Shown piece by piece: positions 62,703-64,000 of a DNA stretch of 64,000 nt. The stretch spans positions 478,144 through 542,143 of the forward strand of contig NMRA01000277.1 of NCBI GenBank assembly GCA_002633005.1. The letters run 5' to 3'. The notes beneath the pieces were generated by a model. It saw nothing but the letters and a program-made list of their open reading frames with translations, made no database searches and was not told the origin of the DNA. Source of the stretch: Phoronis australis. Taxonomy: Eukaryota; Animalia; Phoronida. Both the position numbers and the translations under genes were made by a program. Positions within the stretch are counted from its first letter, which is position 1. Every line of letters begins with the position of its first letter.

Positions 62703-64000
62703 GTCAAGGTTTTGCAGCACTAGCTACATGTACAGCATACAACAGACATTACGAAAGAACGCAAACTGACGCGCTTCGGCACTCAGTAACAGTAGCATAG
62801 AACATGCATTTGAAAACTGCACTTGTCAGATATTGCCACTCAACAGGAGATGTTTGTATGCATTATAGATGACTTTTATTCGCTGTTATTATGGAAATAT
62901 GAATGTACGTGATCTAGTTTTTGAAATCAGGCGCATTCTCGTGTCTCTCATTAATGTCGGAAAGACAAAGAATTTTAGATCACGCATCCACGGGTATTTG
63001 TCCAGTTTATAAAAAATTTTCACGCCGGTGTTGCAGCCCTCAACACAACACTGAATTCTTCGTTAGCATACGAAGAACGAATAGAGTACTGCAACCGAGA
63101 AAAACTTGTTCAGAATCAGACAACAACAAATAACATGTGAAACTTCCGTGGCTCGAAAACGAGGCATCAAATGTGCCTGACGAATGTTTACGACATTGTG
63201 GGTAAATACAGCTAGATTCGAGTGTCGCCGTATAATCCGGGAAGAACCTATTGCAATGAACCGCAAGTATATAGTTCTAACAGTATGATTTAATTCTACT
63301 AGTTATGTGTTCTTCGATCGTACAATTAATAGCGGAAAGCAATAGAGAAACAATGCTAATAAACTTCCGCACGTGCATTATACTCAAGTAAATAACCCCG
63401 GTATAAATCCTAAAGGTTACTGGAGCGATGGGCCTACACTGACTTATTCAGTTCTGACAGTGGCGTTATTTTGAACTCGGAAGACGATTTGTGTGCGTTA
63501 AAATATTGCCCATTGTTATCCGTAGGATTCACAAAGGATTGTAGGTGATACTCAAACATTAAACTGAGATCGTAAGTTATTTTTAGAAATGCCATTGCTT
63601 GAGAGAACGCTTGTTAGCTGTCCCGCCGGTTTTCCGATGTAGAAAACTCTTAAAGTCCTTGTTGCAAACTGCCCATTTGGTTCTAGTATCCGAAAATACT
63701 TACTACATAAATTCTTATTTTCGACACCCTTTCTTTATATTCTTTTCGCCTTTCTTTCCAAAAGCGATTTTTTAACAGTATTTGACCCTTCTCTCTGAGC
63801 GTATGATTACCGGTTGTCATCGGTTATTTCCGTACCCACATTTCCGGCTCATCAGTTCAGGAACTTGTCCTGAACGCCGCCATTTTTTCCTTGTAACTGA
63901 ATGTGCTATTGCTTGCTCGAAAAATCTTCATTATTTTGTTTTATTAGTAATATATCGTGATTCGTTTGCATATGTAGTGTATTTATAGTTTGTAGTTAGT

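Noticed and set aside
1-64000. Frequent TACATGTA palindromes throughout the window
   Set aside because: They are dispersed with no positional pattern and look like a genome-wide compositional feature rather than a local system.

Overview
Eukaryotic (animal) genomic DNA with GT-AG introns, LINE/SINE/MITE relics and scaffold gaps. It is probably a marine invertebrate such as a mollusc or other lophotrochozoan; this is inferred from protein style and abundant TACATGTA, not proven. By manual splicing and translation I reconstruct: (1) a decayed, intronless bacterial-type PI-PLC (PI-PLC X domain) pseudogene at about 37-1035 (+); (2) a complete mitoguardin (MIGA/FAM73) gene on the minus strand (CDS 22537 to 8793, 11 coding exons, about 504 aa), with three exons present twice next to single-N scaffold joins, probably haplotype artefacts; (3) head-to-head with it, a 9-coding-exon STAND/NB-ARC-like NTPase + TPR gene (28667-42026, +, about 841 aa) with no N-terminal effector domain, a non-canonical MHD motif and an ISRE/IRF-type element upstream; (4) a degenerate CR1/L2-group LINE (about 46450-50264) interrupted by a 5-bp-TSD MITE and followed by a THAP-domain relic; (5) a small spliced gene invisible to the ORF track (53207-61572, +, about 97 aa) for a secreted precursor with penta-Arg, dibasic sites, an EF-hand loop and an acidic tail, whose start codon appears split by a 10-nt microexon. 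Also present: a family of GC-rich MITEs with 5-bp target-site duplications (one amplified into a 6-unit minisatellite), a tRNA-derived SINE family, foldback elements, and tandem duplications sitting on MIGA splice signals. All gene models are manual and need RNA-seq or homology confirmation.
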